Shown: positions 61,993 to 64,000 of the stretch, piece after piece
How positions within the stretch are numbered: the stretch's first letter is position 1
How the letters are laid out: each line of letters opens with the position of its first letter
Origin: Octopus sinensis
Lineage: Eukaryota
Direction: 5' to 3'
Assembly: GCF_006345805.1 (NCBI RefSeq)
Contig: NC_043002.1
Span: 49,476,001 to 49,540,000 of the forward strand
DNA length: 64,000 nucleotides
Notes under the pieces: generated by a model
Told to the model about the DNA's origin: nothing
The model's input: only the letters and a program-made list of their open reading frames with translations
The model's database searches: none
Made by a program: the position numbers and the translations under genes

Positions 61993-64000
61993 TTACTTGC
62001 CCTTCGCAGTGAGTTCATGTGAGACACTGCCCTTGTTTGCAAGTTCATGTGCCATCTCATAGTATTTGGTAAACTTAGCCGTATGATCCAGAGGTAGATA
62101 GACAAATGGACTCATGCTGAACGGATCACGAATGCTAAATTTTTTCACAGATGACAAATGACACCGGCTCAGGTGGTAGCGACAGGAGCCTTTTGACGCA
62201 CACTGCCGACTACAGGCTGGACATTTATAATCACCACTGTCAGAATCGCTGGCCGGAGAAGTTAGGTCCCCATGGCCAGCATCAGTAGAATTGTCCAAGA
62301 CAGACGATTCTTCCCGGTCAGAAACTTTTTCCTTATCTTCATCTTTTTGACATTTTGTCGATAAATTCAATGGAATAGCAATCTCTGGCGATGAAGAGGG
62401 AATAACTGTCTGGCACTTGGAGGGATGACTATCGTTTGAGGGTAATTTCATGCTATCTGTGTTTGTTATCAGTTTTTGTAAGCTATCTAAGGGATGTTCA
62501 CATGTCATAGGCTGACCATAGACAAAACTGCTTAAAGAATCGAGAGCAGAGGAATGTGAAGAGCTAGGCTCTGTAGTTGGCGGCAGCTGAAGGTATTTTT
62601 CTTCAAGGGCTTCTTTACACGGTTTCTTCTCAGCACTTGCAGTGGGGCTCTTGGAATTCTCTTCTTTATTGATATCACTGGAACTGGACAGAATCTTCTC
62701 TTCGGATTTTACACTTGGTGTGTTCACTTGCTTTGTAATCTGTTCGCACATATCTGATAAAGACTGTAGTTCTTTGCCGGCTGTTTTAAAGGACTCGTTA
62801 CTTTCTTGCTCCGAACCACCTTCATCGTTTGTTTCCTGGCACAAAGCAGGCTGGCTCGAAGGCACAGTCGGAAAGTAAGAACTACTTCGCAGACTAGGTT
62901 TCTGTTGGCTTGGAATCTGGATGTATCTCGACGAAGGGCTTTCAGGTGTCGTTACTCGTTTAATTTCTTGGGTGACTGCTGTTGTCGAGCTGCTTGAAGA
63001 ACTGGTGTTGTTGGACACTTCTTTATGACTACTACTCTTATCAAATTTAGTTTTGAAACTCTTTTGTATAAATGATTCCATTGCCCGAAGTGCTGAAAGT
63101 CCACCTGTATCGCTGCAACCAGGATCGATTATGTCTAAGTGTACCTTATCTGTTTCTTTACGGATATTTGTTGTGTTGTTGTTGCTGCTGTTACCATTGC
63201 TGTCCTCTTCAGAAACTCGAGGAAGTATCACTTTCAGATTATTTACTTTCTCTTCTGGTGTTGAGCTATCCATAATCTCAGTTTTTGGTTCCAATTTTGA
63301 TGGACTACACACTGGTACTTCCTTCAAACTATCACACCTTTCATCCACTTCTTTCGGCTCGGTTTTTACTTTGGTGATATCATAATCTGTGCTGTCAGGA
63401 ACTGTTGGCCGATTAGGGCTTGTTTTTCGGACTGGATTACTGATATTGGAACCTGTGTTTGCGTTTGGAGTTTCAACCTTTTTCTGTTGTCGGCGCTGAT
63501 CATCGTCAGCGTTCAGTTTCATCTTTAGGGCATCGATGACACCTGATCGCTGCCGTACACATGTGCGGATATGTTCTACAAATACCTGCATCTCAATGCA
63601 TTTTCCACAGTTCTCACAAGTAATATAGCCATCTTCATCTTTGGCAACTATATCAGTGAACTTTACATTTGGACTGTTTAAGCTTTCATGGCTGACACAT
63701 TTGCGTTTAAACTCCAATAAAGTTGCAACAGTGGGGTTAGCACCTAGACCAAGCTTGTCCTCGCTGCTGAAGGGACGCTTCCGTCGTGCTCGTAACAGGA
63801 TTTCTGGGGAATTATAAGAACGTAGAATTTGTTTCTTGTGATGTCCTGACATAATCATGTGGTTTGCTAAACCTTCCATATCATTGTAGGTCTCCTGGCA
63901 AACCTTACACTTAAAGATACACTCTTTTTCAAGATCTCGATCACAGTAAGAGGAGCATTTATGTGACCTGCGACCATGATCTGAACTGACAATTTTCGTA
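61993..64000 (-). CDS. tsh: Teashirt/tiptop-family C2H2 zinc-finger transcription factor, 3' part of a large coding exon (5' end outside window)
   Basis: 628-aa ORF stays open upstream of its first Met to the window edge (...ECIFKCKVCQETYNDMEGLANHMIMSGHHKK, a tsh-type finger). Also a CtBP-type PLNLS motif, helical motifs ALRAMESFIQKSF and HPLDSLQKLI, a C-terminal finger CPAC..HLSRCH, and a KFTKYYEMAHELANK tail resembling tsh/tiptop C-termini. Stop TAA at 61993-61995. Confidence 0.8.
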   Translation of the reverse strand, partial: TKIVSSDHGRRSHKCSSYCDRDLEKECIFKCKVCQETYNDMEGLANHMIMSGHHKKQILRSYNSPEILLRARRKRPFSSEDKLGLGANPTVATLLEFKRKCVSHESLNSPNVKFTDIVAKDEDGYITCENCGKCIEMQVFVEHIRTCVRQRSGVIDALKMKLNADDDQRRQQKKVETPNANTGSNISNPVRKTSPNRPTVPDSTDYDITKVKTEPKEVDERCDSLKEVPVCSPSKLEPKTEIMDSSTPEEKVNNLKVILPRVSEEDSNGNSSNNNTTNIRKETDKVHLDIIDPGCSDTGGLSALRAMESFIQKSFKTKFDKSSSHKEVSNNTSSSSSSTTAVTQEIKRVTTPESPSSRYIQIPSQQKPSLRSSSYFPTVPSSQPALCQETNDEGGSEQESNESFKTAGKELQSLSDMCEQITKQVNTPSVKSEEKILSSSSDINKEENSKSPTASAEKKPCKEALEEKYLQLPPTTEPSSSHSSALDSLSSFVYGQPMTCEHPLDSLQKLITNTDSMKLPSNDSHPSKCQTVIPSSSPEIAIPLNLSTKCQKDEDKEKVSDREESSVLDNSTDAGHGDLTSPASDSDSGDYKCPACSRQCASKGSCRYHLSRCHLSSVKKFSIRDPFSMSPFVYLPLDHTAKFTKYYEMAHELANKGSVSHELTAKGK

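Noticed and set aside
62642-63385. Plus-strand ORFs overlapping tsh
   Set aside because: They are antisense shadows of the real coding frame.

Overview
AT-rich, microsatellite-dense eukaryotic DNA, most likely an octopus (judged from the SINE families; species not determinable), with one 100-N scaffold gap. The only host coding sequence is the 3' part of a teashirt/tiptop-like zinc-finger gene on the minus strand (61993 to beyond 64000). The other ~62 kb is a gene desert of tRNA-headed SINEs (four informal families A-D), fossil DNA transposons (three hAT fragments, mariner, Tigger-like, piggyBac-like, several MITEs), Penelope-like element (PLE) remnants and an RTE LINE with many dispersed 3' ends. 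Best leads: (1) several PLE termini carry minimal hammerhead-ribozyme folds with the core C3:G8 pair replaced by G:C, U:A or A:U; (2) a ~10-fold CpG-depleted domain runs from ~40-43 kb to the gene and holds all ~14 copies of an RTE LINE whose RT contains a PHD finger; (3) head-less SINE concatemers share the same junction at two loci; (4) a ~240-bp tandem array resembles a retrozyme; (5) several long fold-backs could be ADAR or Dicer substrates. All work was by eye. Boundaries are approximate (about +/-20 bp unless a TSD/TIR is quoted), and family assignments come from remembered motifs, not database searches.
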